This document shows positions 44,970-53,558 of a stretch of 64,000 bases of DNA, in pieces. The stretch comes from Rhodospirillales bacterium. Its GTDB lineage: Bacteria > Pseudomonadota > Alphaproteobacteria > Rhodospirillales > JANQFP01. Position 1 is the first letter of the stretch. The number at the start of each line of letters is the position of its first letter. Location of the stretch: the NCBI GenBank assembly GCA_028277795.1, contig JANQFP010000208.1, positions 3,751 through 67,750 on the forward strand, written 5' to 3'. A program made the translations under genes and the position numbers. The notes beneath the pieces were generated by a model. It had not been told where the DNA came from, did no database searches, and saw nothing but the letters and a program-made list of their open reading frames with translations.

Positions 44970-47900
44970 TCACTTCTCGGCCGTCATCAGACTCGGCGCC
45001 CGGCGCGGGAAGGTGGGCATCTGCAAATGCTTGACCCGCTCGCCCTCCTTGGGCGTCGTGGTCAGGCCGAGCCAGATGAACACCTTGGTCTCGCTGACCT
45101 CCTCGTTGCGCTGCACGGCGTCGGGGTCGACCCACTTGACGGTGGAGGTGGGGACCGCGAAGCGCAAGGTGTGCGGCGTGGTATCGACGCCGCGCGCGAA
45201 GTCGCCGGCCTGGCCGCGATGACGCTCCAGCAGCCGCAGCATGGACCAGGCGTTGTCGTATTCCCAGACCACCGTGCGTTCGTTCTCGATGCGCATGCCG
45301 GCGTCGGGTCCGGTCACCGGCGTGGCCGGCGAGTCCTTGGCCCAGCGCAGGGACACCCGCACCGGATCGCCGAACCGCCACGTTCCGTCCAGCTTGACGT
45401 CGGAAATCAGGAACCGCTTGCTGCCCAGGTCCAGGGCCCATTCGATGATCTGGTTGCTGCCCACGTCGGCGGCCCGGTTCACGCGGAAGTCCACCTTGGT
45501 GTTGTAGAGCGGCTCGATCCCGGCCAGATCGGCCGCCAGCACCGGCGCCAGGAAATCGCGCACCTTGGCCATGTCCCTGAGGAAGCCGATGGCGGCGCGA
45601 CCGGGGGCGCCGAGGACCGGGTTGTCCTCGAGCAGCTTCTCCACTGCGTCGGCCTCGCGGTCGAAGGTCAGGTAGAAGGTCCGGATGTCCTGGGGATCGG
45701 CGTCGCGGATGGTCTCGCCGGGGCCCACGTCGGCGAAGGGATAGCGGTCGGCCAGGGTGTCGTTGAACAGGTCGGCGATGCGGGCGTAGCGCACCTCGAC
45801 GCGCTCGCCGGCCAGGTCGCGGCAGCGGTCCAGCAGGGCGGCGTGCAGGGCGTTGCGCCGGGCGAGGAAGAAGTCGCCGCTGGGTTTGCGGTCGCCGGCG
45901 GACAGGGTCTCGTGGCAGTTGGCCGCGGTGGTCTCGAACATGTCGAAGCGGATGAACTTCTCCAGCTTGACCACCGAGCTGCCGGTCTGGCGGTTGGCGT
46001 ACTTGTTGAGCTCCTCGAAGATGCGCCGCCATTTGCCGACCACGAAGGCCACCGACCGGTCGCGGCGGAAATGGCTGCCGGCGAGGAAGGCGATCAGGGG
46101 TTCGGCATAGTCCCGGAGCAGCACGTCGACCCGGTCCCGCTGGAGGTCCAGGTAATGCAGGACCTCGGTGTCGTCGTGGGCCTGGAAGGCGAAGAACACC
46201 GGCGGCTCGCGGCCGTCCCACAGCTCCAGGCTCTCCGCCGGCAGGTAGAGATGCTCGCCGTTGAGCAGGCGGTCCACCCGCTCCAGCAGGTCGGCGGCAT
46301 GGGCCAGCGAGACCGCGTGCAGGGCCTGGTAGGACTCGGGCATCTGCAACTGCTCGAGCACGGTCAGCAACTGGGTCAGCACCCCCGAGGCCTTGCGGAA
46401 GTCGCGGATCTCGCGGGCCAGATCCTCTTCGGCCTGGACGTGCCAGGTGCTGAGCGCCACCCGCTGGCTCTGGGAGCCGGCGATCTCGGTGGCCATGTTG
46501 GTCTCCAGCCGGGCCAGGGCCAGGTCGCGCACCCGCGCCTGCAGGGGGAAAGGGAAGACGTCCAGGTGCTCGGCCATGAAGGCGTCGAACTCCTCGAAGA
46601 AGACGACCGCCGCATCCAGGCGCCGCGGCGACCACACCAGGCGCTTGACCGGACTGTAGGTGGGGTCGATGGGCTGGGGCAGCTTGACGGTCATGAAGTC
46701 CTGGGCGAACAGGCGCGACAGGGCCAGGCGCAGGCCGACCAGCGGCTCGGCCGCGCGCATGCGCACCCGGCCCTCCTCGCGGGCCAGCAGCGGGCCGGTC
46801 AGGCCGGCCTTGTACGCCCCCAGCTTCTGCTTGAAACGCTCGAACTCGCTCTGGCCCTGGGCCACCAGCTCGGTGCTCAGCTCGGGGCCGAGGAAGGCGG
46901 AGTCGGCGACCCGGGCCATGGCCTTGCCGAAGGCGACTCCCGGGTTGAACACGTCGCCGGCGATCCATGCCACGTCGGGGCTGCCGAGCAGCTTTTCCGT
47001 GCGCTCGATGGCGTCCAGGGACTCGCGCAGGGCGACCGCCTCCAGCTCCAGCGAGCGGGCCGGCTCCTCCAGCGCCCGCAGCTTCTGGGTGAGGCCGTAG
47101 AGCTGGCGGGAGATGGCGCCCGAATAGAACAGGCGCCCATAGAGCCGCCAAGTGGTGTCGCGCACCCGTGCCGTGGCCCTGCCGCCGAAGCGCTCGATCT
47201 CGAACCGGCGCTGGGCCACCGAGTGCAGGGCGCGGCGGAAGAACTCCGGATACTCGAAAATGCCGGGCGGCAGCTCGATGTCGAACAGGAAGCGCGACAG
47301 CTCGGCCACGTCCCTAAGGTCCTGGGTGTCGCCGAGGCCGTTGTAGCGGGCCACGTTGGCCTCCAGGTTCTCGATCTCGTCGAGCAGCCGGACCAGGGCC
47401 TGGAACTCGGCCATGTCGTCCAGGCCCTCCAGGGCCGCGGCCTCGTCCGCGCCGGCCTCCACCGGGGCCGCCAGCAGGGTGCGGGTGCGCACCACCAGCT
47501 CGTTGTACATGGCGCGCATGATGATGTTCTCGAAACCGCCGGCGATGAAGCGGCCGATGTGGTCGTCCAGATCGCTGAACCAGGACGACGGGATGAACAC
47601 CGACGTCAGGCTCTTGGTGCGCACGTGGGCCATGACGTCGAGCAGGCGGCGGGCGCTGCTCTCCTGGAGGAAGGTCAGCTTGGCCGCGCCGTCGCCGTCG
47701 CCGGCCACCTCGGCGGCGCGGCGCTCCTGGTCGCGGAGGCGGGCCACGTCGTCGCCGATGCCTTCGAGCACCGGCTGCAGGGAGCGGATGTCGGCGGTCA
47801 GCCCGTCGTAGGCGAACCACAGGCCGAGGCCGAAGATGAGCACCGAGGCGGCCAGCGCCGACTGGGCGGCGAGCACGGCGCGGTTGCGCGACAGCAGCGT

Positions 47901-49157
47901 GCGGCTGGCCGGCCGGGCCAGCCCGTGCTCGGGGAACACCTTGTCCTCGAACAGATGGGTGACCAGGGTCGGCCGGGCGCCGGAGCGGACGAATCCGGAA
48001 CCCAGGCCGAGGGCCGCCTCCGGCGCGGCGAACAGGTCGCCGGGCTTGCGGTGCTCCGGCGCCGTGCTGACGTCGGCGCCCACGTCGCCGGAGAAGTAGA
48101 GCCCGCGGAAGAAGAAGGACTCGTGGTAGACGGTGGGCCGGAAGATCTGGTCCAGATAGACGCCCAGCGGCGCGCGGATGCTGCGGAAGCGGCCCGGGAA
48201 CAGGAACATGCCGTCGCCGTCGGCGGGGTCTTGGCCGGCGGCGCCGATCTCCATCTGGGCCTGGAACAGGCCGCCGGCCATGGTCTCGAAGGCCTCGTCG
48301 ATCCAGGCCGGCGAGTAGGCGGCGGCCAGGGCGTAGGGGCTGGACCAGCCGAACATCTCGTCCTGGCGCTCCGCCGGCAGCTCCCGCCAGAAGCTGCGGA
48401 AGCCGGGCACGGCGTCGCACTTGGTGACCAGCACGTAGACGGGGAAGCAGACGCCCAAGGTCTTCTGCATCTGCCAGAGCTTGCGGTTGATGATGTCGGC
48501 CTTGACCGTCAGGTCGTCCCGCGACAGGGCGTCGGGCCCTAGGAGGTCGGTGGCCGGGATGGCCAGGACCACGCCGTCCACGGGCCGCTGGGGACGGAAC
48601 CGCTGCAGCAGGCGCAGGAACGACCGCCACTCCTTCTCCTCCGACGTGTTCTGCTCGCGCTGCAGGATGTAGTCGCCGGAGATGTCGAGCACGATGCCGC
48701 GGTCGAAGAACCACCAGTTGCAGCCGCGCCGGCTGCCTTTCTCCGGCTCCAGGGGCCGACCCAGGGGCAGGTTGAGGGCGACCCCGTGCAGGGCCGCCGT
48801 CTTGCCGGCGCCGGCCTCGCCGATCATGGCGAACCAGGGGATCTGGTAGCGGTAGCCCCGTCCCGAGACATGCCGGCGCAGCACCCGCATGGCGGTGCGG
48901 AAAGACCGCCGCAGGGACTTGACGCTGGCCCCCGACGCGGCCTCGGACTCCGAGACCGAGGCGGTCACCTCGGGGGACTCTTCCGGCGGCCCCTCGGCGC
49001 CGGCCGCGGCCAGGGCCTCCAGCTCGGCGGCGCGGGCCCGCCGTGCCGCCCGGCGCACCATCAGCACCAGGCCCAGCAGCACCAGCAGCGCCAGCACCAC
49101 GGCGGCGATGCCGATGTACAGCAGGTAGGGGCCCAAGGTGTCGATCAGGAAGTCCAT
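44970..49157 (-). CDS. tssM: T6SS membrane-complex subunit TssM (IcmF)
   Basis: It is 1395 aa with N-terminal TM segments and Walker A GEAGAGKTAAL. IcmF-like periplasmic domains follow, and it sits next to tssL. Confidence 0.9.
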   Translation of the reverse strand: MDFLIDTLGPYLLYIGIAAVVLALLVLLGLVLMVRRAARRARAAELEALAAAGAEGPPEESPEVTASVSESEAASGASVKSLRRSFRTAMRVLRRHVSGRGYRYQIPWFAMIGEAGAGKTAALHGVALNLPLGRPLEPEKGSRRGCNWWFFDRGIVLDISGDYILQREQNTSEEKEWRSFLRLLQRFRPQRPVDGVVLAIPATDLLGPDALSRDDLTVKADIINRKLWQMQKTLGVCFPVYVLVTKCDAVPGFRSFWRELPAERQDEMFGWSSPYALAAAYSPAWIDEAFETMAGGLFQAQMEIGAAGQDPADGDGMFLFPGRFRSIRAPLGVYLDQIFRPTVYHESFFFRGLYFSGDVGADVSTAPEHRKPGDLFAAPEAALGLGSGFVRSGARPTLVTHLFEDKVFPEHGLARPASRTLLSRNRAVLAAQSALAASVLIFGLGLWFAYDGLTADIRSLQPVLEGIGDDVARLRDQERRAAEVAGDGDGAAKLTFLQESSARRLLDVMAHVRTKSLTSVFIPSSWFSDLDDHIGRFIAGGFENIIMRAMYNELVVRTRTLLAAPVEAGADEAAALEGLDDMAEFQALVRLLDEIENLEANVARYNGLGDTQDLRDVAELSRFLFDIELPPGIFEYPEFFRRALHSVAQRRFEIERFGGRATARVRDTTWRLYGRLFYSGAISRQLYGLTQKLRALEEPARSLELEAVALRESLDAIERTEKLLGSPDVAWIAGDVFNPGVAFGKAMARVADSAFLGPELSTELVAQGQSEFERFKQKLGAYKAGLTGPLLAREEGRVRMRAAEPLVGLRLALSRLFAQDFMTVKLPQPIDPTYSPVKRLVWSPRRLDAAVVFFEEFDAFMAEHLDVFPFPLQARVRDLALARLETNMATEIAGSQSQRVALSTWHVQAEEDLAREIRDFRKASGVLTQLLTVLEQLQMPESYQALHAVSLAHAADLLERVDRLLNGEHLYLPAESLELWDGREPPVFFAFQAHDDTEVLHYLDLQRDRVDVLLRDYAEPLIAFLAGSHFRRDRSVAFVVGKWRRIFEELNKYANRQTGSSVVKLEKFIRFDMFETTAANCHETLSAGDRKPSGDFFLARRNALHAALLDRCRDLAGERVEVRYARIADLFNDTLADRYPFADVGPGETIRDADPQDIRTFYLTFDREADAVEKLLEDNPVLGAPGRAAIGFLRDMAKVRDFLAPVLAADLAGIEPLYNTKVDFRVNRAADVGSNQIIEWALDLGSKRFLISDVKLDGTWRFGDPVRVSLRWAKDSPATPVTGPDAGMRIENERTVVWEYDNAWSMLRLLERHRGQAGDFARGVDTTPHTLRFAVPTSTVKWVDPDAVQRNEEVSETKVFIWLGLTTTPKEGERVKHLQMPTFPRRAPSLMTAEK

Positions 49158-49182
49158 GGGTGCACCAGGCTCTCCCGCGCCG

Positions 49183-49950
49183 TCACAGGATGCGGGCGAC
49201 GGTGGCCGCGATGTCGGCGGTCAGGTCGCGCCACAGGATGTGGGAGACCAGCAGATAGCTGGCGAAGAACAGCACCAGCAGGGCCACCCAGCGGCGCATG
49301 TGGGGCAGCTTCTTGGCCTCGCCCTCGGCCAGGCGGTGGCCGTAGGCTTCGGCGAACATGTGGGCCGGGGCCTCGGCGCCGGGCTGGCGGCGGGTGACGA
49401 AATAGAACAGCTGGCGCCGGTAGCCTTCCAGGCGCCCGCCGTCCTCGGTGTCCCGGTAACGGCCACGGAAGCCGAGGGTCAAAGCCATCAGGTAGACGGC
49501 GCCCAGCTCGGCGAACACCGGGTCGCGGCTTTCCAGCACGTCCTCCAGCTTGGTGAAGAAGCGCTCGCCGGCCACGTAGCTCTGGAACAGGCGGGTCTCC
49601 AGGAGGTTGTCCTTCCAGGCGTTCCTGCCGTCCCACTCCAGGTCGTGGAGGAAGATCTCGTCGGCCACGGCGGCCATCACGTACTGGGCCTCGCGATAGA
49701 GCGCCGTGCCGTAGGCGCCGCCGCGGCGGGCCGCCTCGATGGCGCCGTTCTCCAGGTGGGCGAGGAGGCGCTGGCTGACCGCGGTGGCGCCGGTGACGGG
49801 GGTGCCCTCGGGCGCCCGCGGCTCGTCGTCGGAATAGGCCCAGTCGCCCCTGCGGGCGCGGCCCTTGAGGTCGACGATCTCGGCGTAGAACGAGCGGAAC
49901 TGCTCGAGCAGGAAGGTTTGGCCCAGGCGCGGCGCCGACCCGTCCATCAC
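49183..49950 (-). CDS. tssL: T6SS TssL (DotU family), without a peptidoglycan-binding extension
   Basis: The DotU pattern is present (FYAEIVDLK..., LMALTLGFRGRY). A single C-terminal TM segment is WVALLVLFFASYLLVSHILW. The protein ends ~20 aa after the TM, so it has no OmpA/Pal-like domain. Confidence 0.85.
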   Translation of the reverse strand: MMDGSAPRLGQTFLLEQFRSFYAEIVDLKGRARRGDWAYSDDEPRAPEGTPVTGATAVSQRLLAHLENGAIEAARRGGAYGTALYREAQYVMAAVADEIFLHDLEWDGRNAWKDNLLETRLFQSYVAGERFFTKLEDVLESRDPVFAELGAVYLMALTLGFRGRYRDTEDGGRLEGYRRQLFYFVTRRQPGAEAPAHMFAEAYGHRLAEGEAKKLPHMRRWVALLVLFFASYLLVSHILWRDLTADIAATVARIL

Positions 49951-51323
49951 GGCCGCCCCGCGCCGGCGCCGTCGGCGGCCACGTACAGGACCACCTCGGT
50001 CGGCGCCCGCTCGCCCTTGAGGTCACCCCGGTTGAGGATGAGCAGGGTCTCGTCCCCCTTGATGAAGGCCGGGTCCCCCTCGACGGCGAACAGCACGACC
50101 CCGCGGGTGGGCATCAGGCCCAAGGTCTCGTCCATGTCGATGACCCGGCGGCCGGGGCCGAGGATGCGGCGGTCCCCCATGGACTGGATGAAGGGATCGG
50201 AGCCGATCAGGCTTTCCTCGATCCAGGTGGTGGTGTCCTTCTCGCTGGCGCCGCTGCGGGTGCGGGCGCCGATGACCAGCCGCTCGCTCACCCACTCGTT
50301 GCGGAGCTGCAGGTGGAAGCCGCCCTCGACGCGGGAGAAGGGGACGGCGAAATAGGCCTCGCGCACGCTGTCGATCATGCGCTGGGCGAACTCCAGCGGC
50401 CGCGCGAAGGTGCCGCGCAGGTCGTTGTGGTTGTAAGGCGGCAGGGCCGGCGGCACCATGCCGCCGCCGAGGGCGGCCAGGTGGCCGACCACCGAGCACA
50501 GGCCCAGGTAGACCGTGTAGGGGTGGGCGGCGCCGGTGCCGATGACCGCCTCGAACCGGGGCAGGGCGGCGACCAGGCTGCGGATAGTGCCCTGGGTCTC
50601 GGCCACCATGGCGCCGGCGGCGGCGGCCGGCGACTGCAGCCGCTCCGACAGGTACACGGCCTTCTCACGCAGGGCGTGGGCGAGGTCGGCGCAGCGCCGG
50701 CCGAGGGCCGAGTCCGTAGTCACCGCCAGGCACGGCGGCACGAAGTCGCTCAGGCCCAGGGCCTCGTTGCGGTAGGCGATCTCGGCCAGGGGGAAGCTCA
50801 CGTACTTCTCCGGCGGCTTGTCGCCGAGGATGAGTCCGATGCGGGGGCGCAGGCGGGGGATGCGCAGGTCCGCCTCGCCGGTGTTGGCGTCGGCCACTGC
50901 CGGGCCCTCCGCCGAATCGTACCGGGGTAGCTCGCCCTTGCCCGGGCTATCCGACTTGAGCACCGGCACCACCAGGTGCACCAGCATGGGGCGCGCCTGG
51001 ATGTCGTCGAGATGCGGCGTCAGGTCCAGCTCCAGGTCGGCCCCGTTGGCGCCGCCGGAGACCAGCAGGGCGTCGGGCATGACGGCCACCAGGTCGGTGA
51101 CCCGGAAGGTGCCGTCGACCAGCAGCGACGGATCGATGGCCAGCCGCTGGACACCCCAGTGGAAGGGGGCGGCGGCGCCCAGGTGATAGGCCAGCAGGGC
51201 CTCGCTGCGCAGGGACCATTGCTGGAAGTGCTGCGGCGCCAGCAGCATGCCTTCGTGCCATTGGATGGCGTCGGGCGGCAGGAAATCGCTCACCACCGAT
51301 CCCCCATCCGGCGGTGGTGCCAA
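49947..51323 (-). CDS. tssK: T6SS baseplate subunit TssK
   Basis: IQWHEGMLLAPQHFQQ is the canonical TssK N-terminus. Its stop overlaps the tssL start (ATGA). Confidence 0.9.
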   Translation of the reverse strand: MAPPPDGGSVVSDFLPPDAIQWHEGMLLAPQHFQQWSLRSEALLAYHLGAAAPFHWGVQRLAIDPSLLVDGTFRVTDLVAVMPDALLVSGGANGADLELDLTPHLDDIQARPMLVHLVVPVLKSDSPGKGELPRYDSAEGPAVADANTGEADLRIPRLRPRIGLILGDKPPEKYVSFPLAEIAYRNEALGLSDFVPPCLAVTTDSALGRRCADLAHALREKAVYLSERLQSPAAAAGAMVAETQGTIRSLVAALPRFEAVIGTGAAHPYTVYLGLCSVVGHLAALGGGMVPPALPPYNHNDLRGTFARPLEFAQRMIDSVREAYFAVPFSRVEGGFHLQLRNEWVSERLVIGARTRSGASEKDTTTWIEESLIGSDPFIQSMGDRRILGPGRRVIDMDETLGLMPTRGVVLFAVEGDPAFIKGDETLLILNRGDLKGERAPTEVVLYVAADGAGAGRP

Positions 51324-51462
51324 GCACCGGGAAGAGATGACTCAAGGACTCTCAAGAATAGCCCCAACACCGGCAAAAGGATTCCTCCGCCCCCCTGCAA
51401 ACCAGACCACCGACAAGAGACCACACCCCACAAGCATCCGGATAATTCCCGCAAATGATTTT

Positions 51463-51977
51463 TTATTCGTTAACGGATTCTATTGTAAAGCCCTTTTCTC
51501 CCAGGCGAATCAGCACGTTGTCGATCTGATCGAGACGGGCGCGGTGGTCGCCGTCGGTGTAGTAGTTGGCGAACACGAAGCTGCCCACGGCGGTGGCGGC
51601 GTTGTGCGGCATGGGCGTCGGGTCGACCCGCTGGCCGGGCACCAGCTCCCATTCCAGGGCCTCGTAGCCGGAGGGGAAGTCGCGGCGGAACTGGTCGCGC
51701 TGGCGGAACCATTGGCGGGCCGGCAGCTCGCCCAAGCGGTCCATCATGTCCTCGTCGTAGATGATCAGCACGTCGACGGCCACCGGGTTGTCCTCGTTGG
51801 CCCACGGCGACACCTGGATCTGGATCTCCTTGGTCTTGAAGGCAGTGACCTCGAACACCGGCACCGGCACCGGGATGATGCCGCCGCAACCCGCCACCGC
51901 CAGGAGCAGCGCGGCGGCGGCCAGGGTGGCCAGCCGGCGAGCCCAGGAGCGGGGCCGGGGCGCGGCGCTGTTAACCA
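51463..51977 (-). CDS. tssJ: T6SS outer-membrane lipoprotein TssJ-like
   Basis: The ATG at 51977 is followed by the lipobox LAVAGC. The protein is about 170 aa and lies immediately upstream of tssK. The assignment rests mainly on position and size. Confidence 0.6.
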
Positions 51978-52170
51978 TGTTTCGCCCCACATGTTGTGGG
52001 CGCGCCACACCGCCGCCACGAATATTTGTCCTTACGCGCAACCGTTTCACAGTATTGTTCACCATACCTTTCAGTAAACGGCCGAACGAGTCCTGGTGGA
52101 ATCCATAACGCGAAAAATGGTCATCGAGAGGTTCGTTGCGGACTCCGTAGGACTCGTTCCCAATTCTCAG

Positions 52171-52184
52171 ATTCAACATTGAAT
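52171..52184. promoter_or_regulatory. Inverted repeat ATTCAA-ca-TTGAAT in the tssJ / SPOR-gene divergent region
   Basis: It is a perfect 6+6 palindrome read from the sequence, in the lowest-GC stretch of that intergenic region. Confidence 0.3.
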
Positions 52185-52201
52185 CACGACTTAGCATATT
52201 G

Positions 52202-52231
52202 TTGACACAAAAAGGAATCGCCGTCTATGTT
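52202..52231 (+). promoter_or_regulatory. Sigma-70-like promoter (TTGACA - 18 nt - TATGTT) for the SPOR-domain gene
   Basis: The -35 hexamer is exact and the -10 matches in 4 of 6 positions. It lies ~40 nt upstream of the ATG at 52268. Confidence 0.35.
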
Positions 52232-52267
52232 TTATGGTCGCTGACGGACGGACGGTCCTTGACGGCC

Positions 52268-53113
52268 ATGGCGGGCGAATCGATCCATACGGTACGGCAC
52301 GGGGACGCCGGGCTCTTCGGAGTCGGAGTGGCCGGCTCGCCGTTCGCGCATCCCATCGCGCCGGCGGCGGGCGAGGGTGTCGTTATGACCGAGCCGGTGC
52401 GCGGCGGCGGGGCCTGGCGCGACGCCGTGGCGCCGATGACCGCGCCGGTCATTGCGCTGACCCGCGGCCTGGTGGTGGCGGTGTCCGCCGGTCTGGTGGT
52501 CGCCGGGCTCAGCCTGTTCTGCGCCGGGCTCCTGGTCGGCCTCAGCCTGGGCCACGGACTGGTGGCGGCCAGCGGCGCCGGGGGGGGCGGCATGCGGCTC
52601 ACCGGCCCGACCGTGACCGCGGCCGCAGGCATGGGCGCCACCATGGCCGAGGCGGCGGCCCCGGCCGGCGTGGACGCGCCGCCGCCGGTCGTCGACCGGC
52701 CGCCGGACCCTGCGCCGGTGGCGAGCACCGCCCCGGCACCGGTGGCGCCGGCGCCGGCCGTGCCCGAGGAGAACGACCCGGTGCCGGCGGCCGAGCCAGC
52801 CGCGCCCGCGCCGGACCCTCAACCCTTGGTGCGACCGACGCTCCGACCCAAGCCCGCGCCGTCGGCGGGTGCCTATGCGGTCCAGGTCGGTGCCTTCCTG
52901 GTGCCGGGCAACGCCGAGGCGGCGAGCCGTGCCCTGGCGGCCAAGGGCCTCGACGCCTACCGCGTGCAGCGCACCGACCGGCGGGGGCGGACCTGGCACC
53001 TGGTGCGCGTCGGCCGGTTCGGTGGGCGCGGGCACGCCGTGGCCCTGGCCGGACGCCTGGGAGATCAGGGCACGCCCGGGTTCGTGGTCGCCCTGAAAGA
53101 CGCCGGCGGCTGA
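52268..53113 (+). CDS. Membrane-anchored SPOR-domain (peptidoglycan-binding) protein
   Basis: The TM segment is LVVAVSAGLVVAGLSLFCAGLLVGLSL. A Pro/Ala-rich linker follows. The C-terminal SPOR pattern is YAVQVGAFLVPGNAEAASRALAAKGLDAYRVQRTDRRGRTWHLVRVGRF. The start could instead be at 52385. Confidence 0.75.
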   Translation: MAGESIHTVRHGDAGLFGVGVAGSPFAHPIAPAAGEGVVMTEPVRGGGAWRDAVAPMTAPVIALTRGLVVAVSAGLVVAGLSLFCAGLLVGLSLGHGLVAASGAGGGGMRLTGPTVTAAAGMGATMAEAAAPAGVDAPPPVVDRPPDPAPVASTAPAPVAPAPAVPEENDPVPAAEPAAPAPDPQPLVRPTLRPKPAPSAGAYAVQVGAFLVPGNAEAASRALAAKGLDAYRVQRTDRRGRTWHLVRVGRFGGRGHAVALAGRLGDQGTPGFVVALKDAGG

Positions 53114-53282
53114 CGGCTCCCCACAATTTGTGTTCGGGTTCGGTAAAAGCCGCACCATCTCGCACGTCCTACTAGAACGAGCATATTGGCGCCTGGCCTT
53201 GCTCCATATATAGTGCCCATAGGCCGACGGGTGGCCCCATCGGGGCTGCGCGGCCGGCACGGGCACAACGGCGGCAGAGGCC

Positions 53283-53483
53283 ATGGCGGACGTGGAGCCC
53301 CGGATCCGGGTGGTCCCGGGCCGGGCGGAGTGGATGGGCAAGGGCGTCTGCGGCCGCGCCGGCGGGCGGGTGGTGGCGTCGCGGGACGTGCGCCTGCCCC
53401 TGGCCAAGCCGGCGCGCGAGCCGGAGCGGCGCCGCGAACGCATCATCATCACCGCCGACGTCGTTCCGGGCCGCGCCCGCTGA
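53283..53483 (+). CDS. Possible small basic protein (66 aa)
   Basis: The ATG is preceded by GAGG, and GC at third codon positions is above 90%, consistent with coding sequence in this genome. I see no recognisable domain. Confidence 0.3.
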   Translation: MADVEPRIRVVPGRAEWMGKGVCGRAGGRVVASRDVRLPLAKPAREPERRRERIIITADVVPGRAR

Positions 53484-53558
53484 CCCATTATCCTTGGGCG
53501 CGCCCGACCGGACTATGCTAGCGTCACCCCGGATTGCCCCGGACGGATCGGTGCGGCC

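Noticed and set aside
53186-53203. A sigma-54-like sequence, TTGGCGCctggccTTGCT, between the SPOR gene and the cyclase.
   Set aside because: The spacing between the GG and GC elements is one nt too long (N6 rather than N5) and the -24 box is TGGCGC. Sigma-54 promoters tolerate almost no spacing change.
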